Part shown: positions 18,172 to 29,012 of the stretch, piece after piece
Layout: each line of letters starts with the position of its first letter
Position numbering within the stretch: the stretch's first letter is position 1
Program-made: the position numbers and the translations under genes
The notes under the pieces: model-generated
Databases searched by the model: none
Told to the model about the DNA's origin: nothing
What the model saw: only the letters and a program-made list of their open reading frames with translations
NCBI GenBank assembly: GCA_016218805.1
Contig: JACRCW010000085.1
Location: forward strand, 1-64,000
Length of the DNA: 64,000 bases
From: Deltaproteobacteria bacterium
GTDB lineage: Bacteria; Myxococcota; JACRCW01
Reading direction: 5' to 3'

Positions 18172-20406
18172 GTGGCGCGCGCGTGGGCATGGGTGGTGGT
18201 CCCCTTGAGCGTGCTGGCCGTGGCCGCCGCGGACGGGGGGCCGGTGGCGTCAGAGGCGTTCACGGCGGCGCGCCTGCTGGTGCGCGAAGGCCGCTTTGAG
18301 GCGGCCCGGGACAAGCTGGCCGCAGCGGGGATGCTGGAGCCGCGGGCGGAACCGGCGGCGCACGCGGGACTGGTGGGCGCACTGCAGGCGGCGCTGGGGC
18401 GGCCGGACCTGGCGCGCGTGGCGTTTGAGAAGGTGGCGCAGCGGGCGGGGGCCCCGCCGTGGGCGCGCGCCATGGTGGATCTGCACCGGCTGGAGGCGTG
18501 CGGGAATGACTGCGCGGGGATTGGGGTGGACCTGCTGGTGGTGGAGCGGCTGCCGGTGGCGGCGCAGACGCGGTACCTGCGGGCGCTGCATTCGGCGGGG
18601 CGCGCTGAGACAACCGCGCTGGCCGCGCGCGTGCTGGCGCGCGCGCCGTGGACGGTGAAGGAGCTGCCGCCGTCCGACCGCGCTGACCTGCTGGGTGCGG
18701 TCCACGCCGCGCTGGCAACGCGCAAGGACGGCGGCGAGGGTCAGGCGTTGCAGCGCTGGGCGTGGGAGAACCTGCCCGCCGAACCCGCGGTGTTCCCGGT
18801 GCTGCGTGAGGTGGATGACCTGGCGCTGGCCGGGACGCTGGGGGACGGGCCCGCGGTGCGCCACCTGGAAGCGCTGTTGGAGGGCAACGCCAACGAGCCC
18901 GCCGCGGCGTTTGGGACGCTGCTGTGCCGCGGCGCGGTGGTGGAGAAGAACCGCGCGTGCCCGGCGATCAAGGAGGCCACGCTCGCGTGCCGCGCGGCGT
19001 TTGCCGTGGGGAAGGCGCAGCGGCAGGCGCGGGCGTACCGCGCCGCGGAGGGCACGCTGGCGGTGGTGGCGGCGCGGTGCGCGGAGCAGGCGCCGCGCGC
19101 GCGCTTTCTGCTGGGCAAGGCGGTGGCCGCGCAGTCCGGCGGCGCGGCCCGCGCCATCCGCGGGTTTGAGGAGCTGGCCAAAAAGCACCCGGAGCACCGC
19201 CTGGCGGATGACGCGCTGGTGACCGCGGGCCAGCTGTCCCTGCGCGTGGGCAAGCCGGCACGGCGCTACTGGCAGCAGGTGCTGGACGCGCATCCCGCGG
19301 GTGACCAGGCGCCGGAAGCAGCGTGGTGGCTGGCGTGGGCGGCGCGGCTGCAAGGCAAGGGTGACGACGCGGCGGCACGGCTGGACGCGATGAAGGCGGG
19401 CCTCGCGGAGACCGCGCCGCTGGCGTGGCGGCGGGCACTGTATTGGCGGGCGCGCGTGGAGCCGGACGAGGCGCGGCGGTGGGCGCTGCTGCGGGACGTG
19501 GTGGAGCGGCAGCCGCAGTCCTACGAAGCGGGCCTGGCGCGCGGCGTGCTCACGCGCGCCGGCCGCGAGCTGCCGGTGTTTGACGCGTGGAGGGGCGAGG
19601 TCACGCCCCCGTCGCCGGGCCCGCGCGACGATTTCATTGACGCGGCCGCGTGGCTGGAAGAGGCCGGACTGGACGAGGACGGCGCATGGCTGCTCCGCGA
19701 GTCACCCGCGTGGAGCGCCCCGGCGGGGGCTTCCGTCGACGGGGGAACGGGCCCCGCCGCAGGGCTGTGGCTGCCGTGGCGGCTGCTGGAGCTGGGCGAT
19801 GCGCCGTTCGTGTCGCGCTGGGTGAGACTGCGCCACGCCGCGGAGCTGCGCGCCACCCCGGCGGCGGCCACGCGCGTGCACTGGCGCCTCGCCTACCCGC
19901 AGGCACATACGCCGGCGCTGGAAGACGCTGCCGCGGCGGAGAAGCTCCCCGCCGCGCTGCTGTACGCGCTGGCGCGCGAGGAAAGCGCGTTTGATGCGCG
20001 CGTCACCTCGTGGGCCGGGGCGATTGGGCTCACCCAGCTGATGCCCGCCACCGCGCAGATGGAGGCCCGCGCCCTGGGACTGCCCCCGCCGTCCAACGTG
20101 TCCCTGCTGGACCCCGCCCTCAATGCCCGCCTCGGCGCCGCACACCTCGCCCGCCACCTGCGCGAGTTCAACGGCAGCGTGGCGCTGGCCCTGGCGGCGT
20201 ACAACGCCGGACCGGGCAACGTGCGCGCCTGGCTCAAACGGATGGGACAACTCCCGCTGGACGAGTTTGTGGAGATGATCCCGATTGACGAGACGCGCGG
20301 GTACGTGAAGCGCGTGATGGAGACCTGGGGGATCTACCGCCTGGTGCGCGGTGAAGGGCCCCTGGTGCTGCCCGCCAGCCCGACGGACCGATCCGTGGAA
20401 CCCTGA
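18172..20406 (+). CDS. slt: Soluble lytic murein transglycosylase with TPR-like repeats
   Basis: REESAF, GAIGLTQLMP, AAYNAG and ETRGYV motifs. Start approximate. Confidence 0.88.
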   Translation: MARAWAWVVVPLSVLAVAAADGGPVASEAFTAARLLVREGRFEAARDKLAAAGMLEPRAEPAAHAGLVGALQAALGRPDLARVAFEKVAQRAGAPPWARAMVDLHRLEACGNDCAGIGVDLLVVERLPVAAQTRYLRALHSAGRAETTALAARVLARAPWTVKELPPSDRADLLGAVHAALATRKDGGEGQALQRWAWENLPAEPAVFPVLREVDDLALAGTLGDGPAVRHLEALLEGNANEPAAAFGTLLCRGAVVEKNRACPAIKEATLACRAAFAVGKAQRQARAYRAAEGTLAVVAARCAEQAPRARFLLGKAVAAQSGGAARAIRGFEELAKKHPEHRLADDALVTAGQLSLRVGKPARRYWQQVLDAHPAGDQAPEAAWWLAWAARLQGKGDDAAARLDAMKAGLAETAPLAWRRALYWRARVEPDEARRWALLRDVVERQPQSYEAGLARGVLTRAGRELPVFDAWRGEVTPPSPGPRDDFIDAAAWLEEAGLDEDGAWLLRESPAWSAPAGASVDGGTGPAAGLWLPWRLLELGDAPFVSRWVRLRHAAELRATPAAATRVHWRLAYPQAHTPALEDAAAAEKLPAALLYALAREESAFDARVTSWAGAIGLTQLMPATAQMEARALGLPPPSNVSLLDPALNARLGAAHLARHLREFNGSVALALAAYNAGPGNVRAWLKRMGQLPLDEFVEMIPIDETRGYVKRVMETWGIYRLVRGEGPLVLPASPTDRSVEP

Positions 20407-20480
20407 GCGCCCCGGAGGATGGGCCGGACCGGAAGATGAGTCGGCGGCCGGCGGGGACGCCGGCCCCACAGGTCCTTGTT

Positions 20481-21485
20481 TCATGCCGCGGACGGGGCCA
20501 CGCGATTGCGCAACACCCCCAGCCGCTCCACCTCCAACTCCACCACGTCTCCATCCGCCAGGTACCGGTCCGTCTCCAACCCGCACCCGCCACCCACCGT
20601 CCCCGAGCCCAGGAACTCGCCAGGGTGCAGCGTTTCGTCCTGCGATACGTACGCGATCAGCCGCTCGAACCGGTGGTGCATTGTCGCGCTCGACCCGCGC
20701 GAACGCTCCTCCCCGTTCACCCGCGCCACCATCGACAATGCGTACGGATCGCCCACCTCGTCCGGCGTCACCAGCCACGGACCCATGGCGTTGCCCGTGT
20801 CAAAGTCCTTCCCCTTGGCCGGCCCCAGCCGCCCGCGCATCTCCCGCATCTGGATGTCGCGCGCGGAGAAATCGTTGAAAACCGTGAAGCCCGCCACGTG
20901 CAACCGCGCGTCACCCTCCGTGATGTCCCGCCCCGCACGCCCGATGTACACGCCGAACTCCAACTCGTAGTCCAGCTTGCGGCTGCCCCGCGGCCGCCGC
21001 ACCTCCGCCTCCGGCCCCACGACGGAGAACGGGTTGCTCTTGTAGTAGACCGGGCGCTCGTACCACACGCGCGGCGGGCCAATCAGCGGCCGCCCCACCA
21101 CCCGCTCCACCGCGGCGTCCAACCACGCCAGCGGCGGAAACGCCCAGGACACCACCGTCCGCGTGGCCTGCGTGACGTGCTGCTCAAACGCCATGCAGTC
21201 CCGGATGGACCGCGGGCGCGGCACCGGCGCCAGCAGGCGGACCGTTGCCAGCGGTACCCGCGCCGCCTCCAGGTCCATGCGCGCGCGTTCCACCAGCGCC
21301 CGGGACTCGTCCATGGCGGCGGTGCCACCGTCCAGCAGCGCCAGCATGTCCTGGAAATGCGGGCGCGGTCCGCCGTGCTGCAGCTCGCACGCGCGCTGCA
21401 GGTCCACCACCGTCACGTCATCCACCAGCGCGCCAATGCGGGAGGCGGCGTCACCCGTCCGGGGAACAAAGGTCACCAGCTTCAT
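20481..21485 (-). CDS. Fumarylacetoacetate hydrolase family protein
   Basis: LDYELE, FNDFSARD, KGKDF, MGPW and GSGT motifs. Confidence 0.92.
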   Translation of the reverse strand: MKLVTFVPRTGDAASRIGALVDDVTVVDLQRACELQHGGPRPHFQDMLALLDGGTAAMDESRALVERARMDLEAARVPLATVRLLAPVPRPRSIRDCMAFEQHVTQATRTVVSWAFPPLAWLDAAVERVVGRPLIGPPRVWYERPVYYKSNPFSVVGPEAEVRRPRGSRKLDYELEFGVYIGRAGRDITEGDARLHVAGFTVFNDFSARDIQMREMRGRLGPAKGKDFDTGNAMGPWLVTPDEVGDPYALSMVARVNGEERSRGSSATMHHRFERLIAYVSQDETLHPGEFLGSGTVGGGCGLETDRYLADGDVVELEVERLGVLRNRVAPSAA

Positions 21486-21529
21486 GGGCGGGGCACGCTA
21501 CCACGACGGGCCGTGGTAGAAGCCGGGCC

Positions 21530-21979
21530 ATGACGCAGCACCGGGTCACGGTTCGGTGGGAGCGTGCGGGCGGTGATTTCTCGCCCGCCGCGTTTGACCC
21601 CTCCCACCAATGGCTGACCGACGGGGGCGTGCGCATCGCCGCCAGTTCCGCGCCGGCGCTGCAGGGCATGCGCGCGCGGCTGAATCCGCAGGAGGCGCTG
21701 GTGGCGGCGCTGGCTTCGTCACACATGCTGGCGTTCCTGGCCGTGGCCGCGCAGGAGCGCCTGGTGGTGGACCACTACGAGGACAGCGCCACCGGCGCGC
21801 TGGAGAACGACGCCGACGGGAAACCCTGGCTGGCGCACGCGGTGCTCCGGCCGCGCGTGACCTGGGCCCCCGGCAGCGGCGCCGGGGCCACGCTGCTGTC
21901 CCTGCTGCACCACCGCGCCCACGGCGAGTCCATCATCGCCCGCAGCGTGCGGACCGCCGTCACGGTGGAACCCGCGTGA
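21530..21979 (+). CDS. OsmC family protein lacking cysteines
   Basis: ASSAP...NPQEALVAALASSHML.FL...Y.D.A.G...HHRAH..SIIARSV. Confidence 0.8.
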   Translation: MTQHRVTVRWERAGGDFSPAAFDPSHQWLTDGGVRIAASSAPALQGMRARLNPQEALVAALASSHMLAFLAVAAQERLVVDHYEDSATGALENDADGKPWLAHAVLRPRVTWAPGSGAGATLLSLLHHRAHGESIIARSVRTAVTVEPA

Positions 21980-21986
21980 GCGCGCC

Positions 21987-23912
21987 ATGAGCGCCGGTGC
22001 CGCCCTTGCCTGCCTGCTGGCGGCCGCCCCCGCGCCACTGCCCGCAGACGGTGACCCCGTCCCGCTGGGCCACTTCATGACCTACCTGGAGGACAAAGAG
22101 GCCACGTTCACGGCGGAAGACGTCCAAGCGCGCCGCGCTGCATTCCGGCACTGGGCCGACGACCAGCCGCGGTTTGGCTTCACGCGCTCTGCGTACTGGC
22201 TGCGCGTGACACTGCGCGGTGACACGCGGGACCGGGACACGCTGCTGGAGCTGACCTACCCGCTGCACGACGAGGTGCTGCTGCACGCGTCCACGCCGGA
22301 CGGTCCGGAACGCGTGCAGCGCTCCGGCCTGGCGGTCCCTTTTGCCCAGCGCGAAATCCCCGATCCGCACCTGCTGTTCCCCGTGCACGTGCCCGCCGGT
22401 GTGGACGTGGACCTGCTGATGCGCGTGCGGTCACAGAGTGCGCTGCTGCTGGCCGCCCGGCTGTGGGACCGCGAGGCGTTTGCGCGCTACCAGCACCACA
22501 ACCGCTTCTGGAAGGGCCTGCTGTACGGCGTGCTGCTGGCCGCCGTCCTGTACAGCCTCGCCGTGTGGTGGACCGTGCGGGATCCGTCCCACACCTGGTT
22601 TGTGGGGTTCCTGTCCGCGGTGATGCTGCTAGAGGCGTCCCTGGACGGTACCGCGTACGAATACCTGTGGCCCGGCACGCCGTGGCTGGCCCGGCATTCC
22701 ATCCCGTTCTTTGTAGCGCTTACCGCCCTGGGCGCGCTGGTGTTCACGCGCTCCTTCATGACCACAGCGGTGACCGCGCCGCGGCATGACCGCTGGCTGC
22801 TGGGGGTGATGGCGCTGGACAGCGTGGTGCTGCCGCTGTCACTGGTGATGGACTACCTGTGGGCGGTGCGCTCGTCGGTGGCGCTGGGGGTGCTGTCGCT
22901 GGCCGCTGCCACGCTGACCGCGCTGGAGTGCCGGCGCCGCCACGTGGTGTTTGCCGGCGTGTTCCTGCTGGCGCTGGGCGTGCTGTTTGGTGGCGTGGCC
23001 GCCGCGGTGGTGGGACCGTTCTTCAGCATCCCGTCCTCCCCGCTGACGGAGCACGGCCTGCAGGTGGGCTCCGCGGTGGTGGCGTTGATGTTCACCATGG
23101 GGCTGGGCCAGCGGCTGTCCGCGGCGGAGCGCGCCACGCGTGAAGCGCAGCAGGCGCTCAACCGGCGGCTGGAGGAGCAGGTGGCCGCGCGGACCGTGGA
23201 ACTGGAGCAGAAGAACCGCGAACTGGCCGACCTCAACGTGCGCAAGGACGCGCTGGTGGCGACGGTGAGCCATGACTTCCGCTCGCCGCTGGCCACCATC
23301 CGGCAGAACGTGCAGACCCTGCTGCGTGACCTGGGCATCATGGACGAGGCCGATGCGCGGCAGTTCCTGGAGGCGATTGGCCGCCAGGAAGCGCGGCTGA
23401 CGGCGATGTGCACCAACCTGCTGGACCTGGCGCGCCTGCGCGGCCGCGCGCTGGCGCGGCAGCGCGTGGACCTGGTGCAGGTGGCGCGCAGCATCCTGGA
23501 CACGGTGGAACCGCGCGCCCGTGCGGCGGGCGTCTCCGTGGCGCTGCACACGGCGCAGGACGTTCCGCACGTGCTGGGTGAGGGCGAGCGCCTGGAGCAA
23601 TTGCTGCAGAACCTGGTGGACAACGCGCTGCGCTTCACTCCGCGCGGTGGCCGCGTAGACGTGCACGTGGAGCACGCCGACGGCAAGGCGCTGTTGCGCG
23701 TGGCGGATACCGGCTGCGGTATTCCGCACCAGCACCTGGGCCAGTTGTTTGAACCGTTCTTCCAGGTCCCCAGCCAGTCACACGCGGGTCAGGGCAGCGG
23801 GCTGGGCCTGGCCATTGTGGCCGCGGTGGCACAGGCGCACGGTGGCCGCGTGGACGTGGACAGCGCGGAGGGCCGCGGCACCACCTTCCGCGTGGAGATC
23901 CCCGCAGCCTGA
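21987..23912 (+). CDS. 7TM-DISM sensor histidine kinase
   Basis: FGFTRSAYW (DISMED2), seven TM helices, H-box SHDFRSPL, and N, G1, F and G2 boxes. Confidence 0.9.
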   Translation: MSAGAALACLLAAAPAPLPADGDPVPLGHFMTYLEDKEATFTAEDVQARRAAFRHWADDQPRFGFTRSAYWLRVTLRGDTRDRDTLLELTYPLHDEVLLHASTPDGPERVQRSGLAVPFAQREIPDPHLLFPVHVPAGVDVDLLMRVRSQSALLLAARLWDREAFARYQHHNRFWKGLLYGVLLAAVLYSLAVWWTVRDPSHTWFVGFLSAVMLLEASLDGTAYEYLWPGTPWLARHSIPFFVALTALGALVFTRSFMTTAVTAPRHDRWLLGVMALDSVVLPLSLVMDYLWAVRSSVALGVLSLAAATLTALECRRRHVVFAGVFLLALGVLFGGVAAAVVGPFFSIPSSPLTEHGLQVGSAVVALMFTMGLGQRLSAAERATREAQQALNRRLEEQVAARTVELEQKNRELADLNVRKDALVATVSHDFRSPLATIRQNVQTLLRDLGIMDEADARQFLEAIGRQEARLTAMCTNLLDLARLRGRALARQRVDLVQVARSILDTVEPRARAAGVSVALHTAQDVPHVLGEGERLEQLLQNLVDNALRFTPRGGRVDVHVEHADGKALLRVADTGCGIPHQHLGQLFEPFFQVPSQSHAGQGSGLGLAIVAAVAQAHGGRVDVDSAEGRGTTFRVEIPAA

Positions 23913-23914
23913 CC

Positions 23915-24703
23915 TCAGGACCGCGGTCGCGTCGCCTCAATCGTCGCCGACGCGACGAATTGCTCCGCGCCCGAACCCGGGAACCACTCCGCAATGAACG
24001 CGCGGCTCTCCTCCTTCACGTCGATCCGGATGTCCGTGAACCCCGCGCGGGTGAGCAGCGCGGTGAGTTCATCCACACCGGCGGCGCCGGCGATGCACCC
24101 GGTCAGCGCCGTGGTGTCCTGCGCCAGCGACGGGGGGAGCGGCGACGTGCGCACCACGTCGCTGATGGCCAACCGTCCTCCAGGCTTCAACACGCGGAAC
24201 GCGTCGCGGAACACGGCGGCCTTGTCCGGGCTGAGGTTGATGACGCAGTTGGAGAGGATGACGTCCACGCTCGCGTCCGCCACCGGGAGATGCTCAATCT
24301 CGCCAAGCCGGAACTGCACGTTGGTGGCCCCCAGGGAGGCAGCGTTTGCCCGTGCCTTGGACACCATCTCCGGCGTCATGTCCACGCCAATGACGGACCC
24401 GGTGGACCCCACGCGCTTCGCGGCGAGGAAGCAGTCAAACCCGCCGCCAGCGCCCAGGTCCAGCACGGTCTCGCCTTCGCGCAGCGCAGCGATGGCCTGG
24501 GGGTTGCCGCAGCCCAGTCCCATGTTTGCGCCGTCAGGAACCGCGGCCAGGTCCTCCGGCGAGTAACCAATCGCCAGACTCGCCTGTGGCGCCGGCGCCG
24601 CACAGCATCCGGGTGCGCAACAGGAACCCCCGGCTGACGTTGCCACCTCTGCGTACTGCGCGCGCACCGCAGCGCGCACCTCGTCCTTGTTGGTCCCGTT
24701 CAT
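23915..24703 (-). CDS. arsM: Arsenite S-adenosylmethionine methyltransferase
   Basis: N-terminal CC pairs, GLGCGNP, LDLGAGGGFDC, SNCVINL and GCIAGA. Confidence 0.93.
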   Translation of the reverse strand: MNGTNKDEVRAAVRAQYAEVATSAGGSCCAPGCCAAPAPQASLAIGYSPEDLAAVPDGANMGLGCGNPQAIAALREGETVLDLGAGGGFDCFLAAKRVGSTGSVIGVDMTPEMVSKARANAASLGATNVQFRLGEIEHLPVADASVDVILSNCVINLSPDKAAVFRDAFRVLKPGGRLAISDVVRTSPLPPSLAQDTTALTGCIAGAAGVDELTALLTRAGFTDIRIDVKEESRAFIAEWFPGSGAEQFVASATIEATRPRS

Positions 24704-25119
24704 CAGCGCACCTCCTGTTGGCCAAAGCGTTCAATCAATCCGCGCAGCGTGTCGCGCGCGGTGCGGAATCGCGCGAGCATGTCGTCGCGCGTCAATGATG
24801 GGTCGGTGCTCGCGGGGTCGGGGATGGGCCAGTGCAGCCGCCGCGCCTTCCCCAGGAAGACCGGGCACACCTCCTCTGCGCACAGCGTGATCACCGTGTC
24901 CACGCTGGCCGGGTCAATCTCGTTCACCGACTTGGAACGGTGTGCCGTGAGGTCCACGCCCATCTCGCGCATCACCTCAATGGCCCAGGGGTTCACGCTG
25001 GACGGCGCGCTGCCGGCGCTCTGTACGCGCACGCGGTCACCCCACAACTGGCGCCCCAGTCCCTCCGCCATCTGGCTGCGCGCGGAATTCGCCACGCACA
25101 GGAACAGCACGCTCTTCAT
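24703..25119 (-). CDS. arsC: Thioredoxin-type (LMWP) arsenate reductase
   Basis: [24 protein letters not shown] and HWPIPDP. Confidence 0.93.
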   Translation of the reverse strand: MKSVLFLCVANSARSQMAEGLGRQLWGDRVRVQSAGSAPSSVNPWAIEVMREMGVDLTAHRSKSVNEIDPASVDTVITLCAEEVCPVFLGKARRLHWPIPDPASTDPSLTRDDMLARFRTARDTLRGLIERFGQQEVR

Positions 25120-26177
25120 GCCGCCTCCGCAAAGAACCGGCGCCGCGCCCACAACGCCACGTGCACCAGGCCAATGAGCGCCGGCACCTCAACGAGCGGT
25201 CCGATCACCGCGGCAAACGCGGCCCCGCTGTGGATGCCGAACGACGACACGGCCACCGCGATGGCGAGTTCAAAGTTGTTGGACGCGGCGGTGAAGGACA
25301 GCGTGGCGGACTGCGGGTAGTCCGCGCCCACGCGGCGGCTCATGAAGAAGGACAGCGCGAACATCAACAGGAAATAGCTGAGCAGCGGCAGCGCAATGCG
25401 GAGCACGTCCAGCGGCAACTGCACGATGGTCCCGCCCTTCAGGGAGAACATCACCACGATGGTGAACAGCAGCGACACCAGCGTGACCGGCGAGATGCGC
25501 GGCACAAAGCGCTGCTCGTACCACTCCACGCCCTTGCGGGAGACCAGCACCCGCCGCGTGAGGAACCCCGAGGCAAAAGGGATGCCCAGGTAGATGGCCA
25601 CGCTCTGGGCGATCTCACCGATGCTGACGTCAACAACCGTCCCCTGCAGCCCGAGCCAGCCCGGCAGCAGCGTGGCGAAGAAGTATGCGTAGACGGAGAA
25701 GAACAGCACCTGGAAGATGGAATTGAACGCAACCAGACCGGCGCAGTACTCCGTGTCGCCCTTGGCCAGGTCATTCCACACGATCACCATGGCGATGCAG
25801 CGCGCGAGGCCAATGAGGATGAGGCCCAGCATGTATTCGGGCTTGTCCCGCAGGAACACGACGGACAGCCCGAACATCAGGAACGGGCCGATGACCCAGT
25901 TCTGCACCAGCGACAGCGCCAGCACGCGCTTGTTGCGGAACACCAGCCCCAGCTCCTCGTACCGGACCTTGGCCAGCGGCGGGTACATCATCAGCACCAG
26001 GCCGATGGCGATGGGGACGGACGTGGTGCCCACGCTCATCCGGTTGAGCGCACTGGTGAACCAGGGCGCGACGTACCCGAGCCCGACACCGAGCCCCATG
26101 GCGAGGAAGATCCACACCGTCAGGTAGCGGTCCAGGAACGACAGCTTCCGGGCCACACCCGGGCCTGCAGTGTTCAT
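25116..26177 (-). CDS. acr3: ACR3-family arsenite efflux transporter
   Basis: [28 protein letters not shown] and GPLVEVP. Confidence 0.95.
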   Translation of the reverse strand: MNTAGPGVARKLSFLDRYLTVWIFLAMGLGVGLGYVAPWFTSALNRMSVGTTSVPIAIGLVLMMYPPLAKVRYEELGLVFRNKRVLALSLVQNWVIGPFLMFGLSVVFLRDKPEYMLGLILIGLARCIAMVIVWNDLAKGDTEYCAGLVAFNSIFQVLFFSVYAYFFATLLPGWLGLQGTVVDVSIGEIAQSVAIYLGIPFASGFLTRRVLVSRKGVEWYEQRFVPRISPVTLVSLLFTIVVMFSLKGGTIVQLPLDVLRIALPLLSYFLLMFALSFFMSRRVGADYPQSATLSFTAASNNFELAIAVAVSSFGIHSGAAFAAVIGPLVEVPALIGLVHVALWARRRFFAEAA

Positions 26178-27928
26178 GCGGTAGCCCCCTGCGGAACCCT
26201 GGTCATCGCTTCACGCGCATCACCGGCGGACCACGGCAACAGCACCAGGCGCGCGCCGTGGGCCATCAGTTCAGCCAGGTGGGGTGCCTCCTGCCGGCGC
26301 CGTGCAGCCAGCACCGGGTCCGTCACCACCAGCGGCGTCAGGCACTGGTTCACCACCCACGCAAAAGGCCGGATTCCCGCGCGCGAAAGATCGCGTTCCA
26401 GCTGCATGGCTTCATGGATGGGCGTGGCCTCCGGGAGGGTGACCAGAAGAACGCAGGTAAAGGTGGCGTCACGCAGGCGCGGCAGCAAGCGCACCACCGC
26501 GTCAGGCGTGCCGCTGGGACGGCGCAGCACCTCGCGGTGGTAGGCTTCCGCGGCATCCAGCAGCAGCAGCGTGTGACCGGTGGGCGCCGTGTCAATGACC
26601 ACCAGGCGGTCCGTTCCCTGTGCCACCGTCTGGGCAAACGCGCGGAATACCGCGATTTCCTCCGTGCACGGGCTGCGCAGGTCCTCTTCCAGCAGCGCCC
26701 TGCCCTGCGCATCCAGCGCCGCCCCCGCCGTGGCGAGAACCTCCTCCGTGTAACGGCGCGTTTCCACCGCGGGGTCAATGCGCTCCACGCGCAGCGTCGG
26801 CGGGCGTTCGCGCGCCGCATCCGCCACGTGCGCCGCGGGATCCGTGGTGGTCAGCGTGACGTCCAGCCCGCGCCGCGCAAGCTCCGTAGCCAGACGCGCC
26901 GCCAGCGTGGTCTTGCCCACGCCGCCCTTGCCCATGGTCATCACCACGCCGCGCCGTCGCGTCGCCAGTTCCTCCACAATGGACTGCACGGGTTCCGCCT
27001 GCGGGGGTTCCGCGCCGCCGCCCGCTGCCGGCACCGGCGCGACCCACGGCGTGCCGATGGCGCGCAACGCGTCAACACCGACGAGCCCGAAGGGCAGCAG
27101 CGGCACGTCCACGCGCGGAATGCCGCGGAGTCCAGCGGGGATCTCGGCCAGCGCGCGGCGGCCGCGCTCCTCAAGGGACCGGGCGACGGGGTCACTGGCA
27201 TCCTGCGCGTTGAACACGCCATTGACGATCAGGCGCACGCTGCCAATGCCCTGCTCGGAGAGTTCGGCGCGTGTGCGCTCGGCCTCGGACAGCGACGACC
27301 GCTCCGGTCTTGCCACCAGGATGATGGTGGTCTGGGCCGCGTCACGCAGCGTCATGCGTGACGCCGCGTAGGACGCCCGCTGCGCCTGCAGCCCGGTGAG
27401 CGGCCCCAGGCAGGACGTCCCCCCAACATTGGTGTCTATGAAGCTGCTCCACGCGGCGGGCAGTTCCAGCAGGCGCAGCGTGTGACCCGTCGGCGCCGTG
27501 TCAAAGATGACATGGTCGTACGGGGTGGTGGCTCCGCGGTCCCCCAGCAGACGGGAGAACTCGTCAAATGCGGCGATTTCCACCGTGCACGCACCGGAGA
27601 GCTGTTCCTCCATGCTGCCAATTGCCGTGGCGGGCAGGACGCCGCGGTACGGCGCCACAACGCGCTCGCGGTAGTCCTGTGCCGCGCGGACCGGATCGAT
27701 GTTGAGCGCGTGGAGGCATTCAACGCCCGGCACGGGCGCGGGCGTCCCCGTCAACGCCACCCCCAGCACCTCGTCAAGGTTGGACGCGGGATCCGTGCTC
27801 ACCAGCAGCGTGCGCCGCCCCGCGTCCGCCAGGCCAATGGCCGTGGCACACGCGGCGGACGTCTTCCCCACCCCGCCCTTTCCCGTGAAGAACAGGATGC
27901 GCGTGGGGTTGTGAACCAGTGCAACCAC
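26174..27928 (-). CDS. arsA: Arsenical pump-driving ATPase
   Basis: Two GKGGVGKT P-loops, two DTAPTGH motifs and three metalloid-binding Cys (GACT, SCLG, SPCT). Confidence 0.96.
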   Translation of the reverse strand: MVALVHNPTRILFFTGKGGVGKTSAACATAIGLADAGRRTLLVSTDPASNLDEVLGVALTGTPAPVPGVECLHALNIDPVRAAQDYRERVVAPYRGVLPATAIGSMEEQLSGACTVEIAAFDEFSRLLGDRGATTPYDHVIFDTAPTGHTLRLLELPAAWSSFIDTNVGGTSCLGPLTGLQAQRASYAASRMTLRDAAQTTIILVARPERSSLSEAERTRAELSEQGIGSVRLIVNGVFNAQDASDPVARSLEERGRRALAEIPAGLRGIPRVDVPLLPFGLVGVDALRAIGTPWVAPVPAAGGGAEPPQAEPVQSIVEELATRRRGVVMTMGKGGVGKTTLAARLATELARRGLDVTLTTTDPAAHVADAARERPPTLRVERIDPAVETRRYTEEVLATAGAALDAQGRALLEEDLRSPCTEEIAVFRAFAQTVAQGTDRLVVIDTAPTGHTLLLLDAAEAYHREVLRRPSGTPDAVVRLLPRLRDATFTCVLLVTLPEATPIHEAMQLERDLSRAGIRPFAWVVNQCLTPLVVTDPVLAARRRQEAPHLAELMAHGARLVLLPWSAGDAREAMTRVPQGATA

Positions 27929-27943
27929 GTTGCCTCCCGCTTT

Positions 27944-28558
27944 TCAGCAGCAGCCGCCCTTGGCGGGGTCCGCGGGTCCGCAGCATGCCGCGCTGGCGCT
28001 CTCCGCCGGCGCCACCGCCAGCGGTGCGGCCTGCCGGCGCAGGTAGCGGTCCGCAAGCTGGAGCATCGCCGCGGCGGGTGCTTCCTTGACGCTCTGCGCC
28101 GTCATGACCGCGCGGAACATGTCGTCGTTGGACACGCCCAGCTTGCGCGCCTTGTCGTAATGGAACTTGAAGCACGGCTCGCAGTTGGACGCGACCGCTG
28201 CGCCGATGGCAACCAACTCCTCAACGGCCTCCGTGTAGAGGCCGGCTGCGGGCGCACCCAACCCGGCCCAGGCCGCCAACTCATCACGGCTGGGGTACAC
28301 GCCGCTGCACTTCACCGTCCCATCCACCTCCACCAGCGGGAGCGCCGCTTCCCCTTTGGCCTCCAGCGCCGCCTTCACCGCCGCGTGGCCGGCAAATGCG
28401 GCCGGCTGCTGCGCCAGGTTGAACCGTTCCACGCCCACACCGCGGCCCTTCAGCCAGTCCAGGTCCGCCGCGAACCGCGCGAGCTGCGGGTCCACGGAGG
28501 GTCCGCAGACCCCGGTTGAACAGCACATGGCAGGATCAAACACGCGCACCGCGGTCAT
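27944..28558 (-). CDS. arsD: Arsenite metallochaperone ArsD fused to a CMD/AhpD-like domain
   Basis: FDPAMCCSTGVCGP...YPSR, followed by ELVAIGAAVASNCEPCFKFH and terminal CC pairs. Confidence 0.9.
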   Translation of the reverse strand: MTAVRVFDPAMCCSTGVCGPSVDPQLARFAADLDWLKGRGVGVERFNLAQQPAAFAGHAAVKAALEAKGEAALPLVEVDGTVKCSGVYPSRDELAAWAGLGAPAAGLYTEAVEELVAIGAAVASNCEPCFKFHYDKARKLGVSNDDMFRAVMTAQSVKEAPAAAMLQLADRYLRRQAAPLAVAPAESASAACCGPADPAKGGCC

Positions 28559-28610
28559 GGATGGGCACCCTTTCCTTCAGCGTTGGTTGACGATGACTGC
28601 TGGAATGCGT

Positions 28611-28955
28611 TCACAGGCCCCCCACCAGCGCCTTGAAGCGACGCAACGTCCGCGGCTCAATGCAGTAGCAAACGCGCGGGCCGTCCACGTCACCGCGCAC
28701 CAGGCCGCTCTCCTTCAGTACCTTGAGGTGCTGGGACACGGTGGACTGGGCCAGAGGCAACTCGTCAACGATGTCGCCACAGATGCACGCGTTCTTCCGC
28801 GCCAGCAGGCGTAGGATCTGCACCCGCACCGGGTGCCCCACCGCCTTGCACAGCGCGGCCAGCTCGTCATCCGCGCCGGAGCCCTCAATGGGCCGCAGGT
28901 CCGCCGCCGCATCCTCGGGTGGACAGGACAACACGGCAACGCGGCGCTTCTTCAT
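28611..28955 (-). CDS. arsR: ArsR/SmtB-family repressor
   Basis: [27 protein letters not shown] and CYC. Confidence 0.92.
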   Translation of the reverse strand: MKKRRVAVLSCPPEDAAADLRPIEGSGADDELAALCKAVGHPVRVQILRLLARKNACICGDIVDELPLAQSTVSQHLKVLKESGLVRGDVDGPRVCYCIEPRTLRRFKALVGGL

Positions 28956-29012
28956 CGTTGTTTACCGATACGGTACGCGCGCGGATCCGTCAAGCTCCAA
29001 TCGCGTGGGCGT

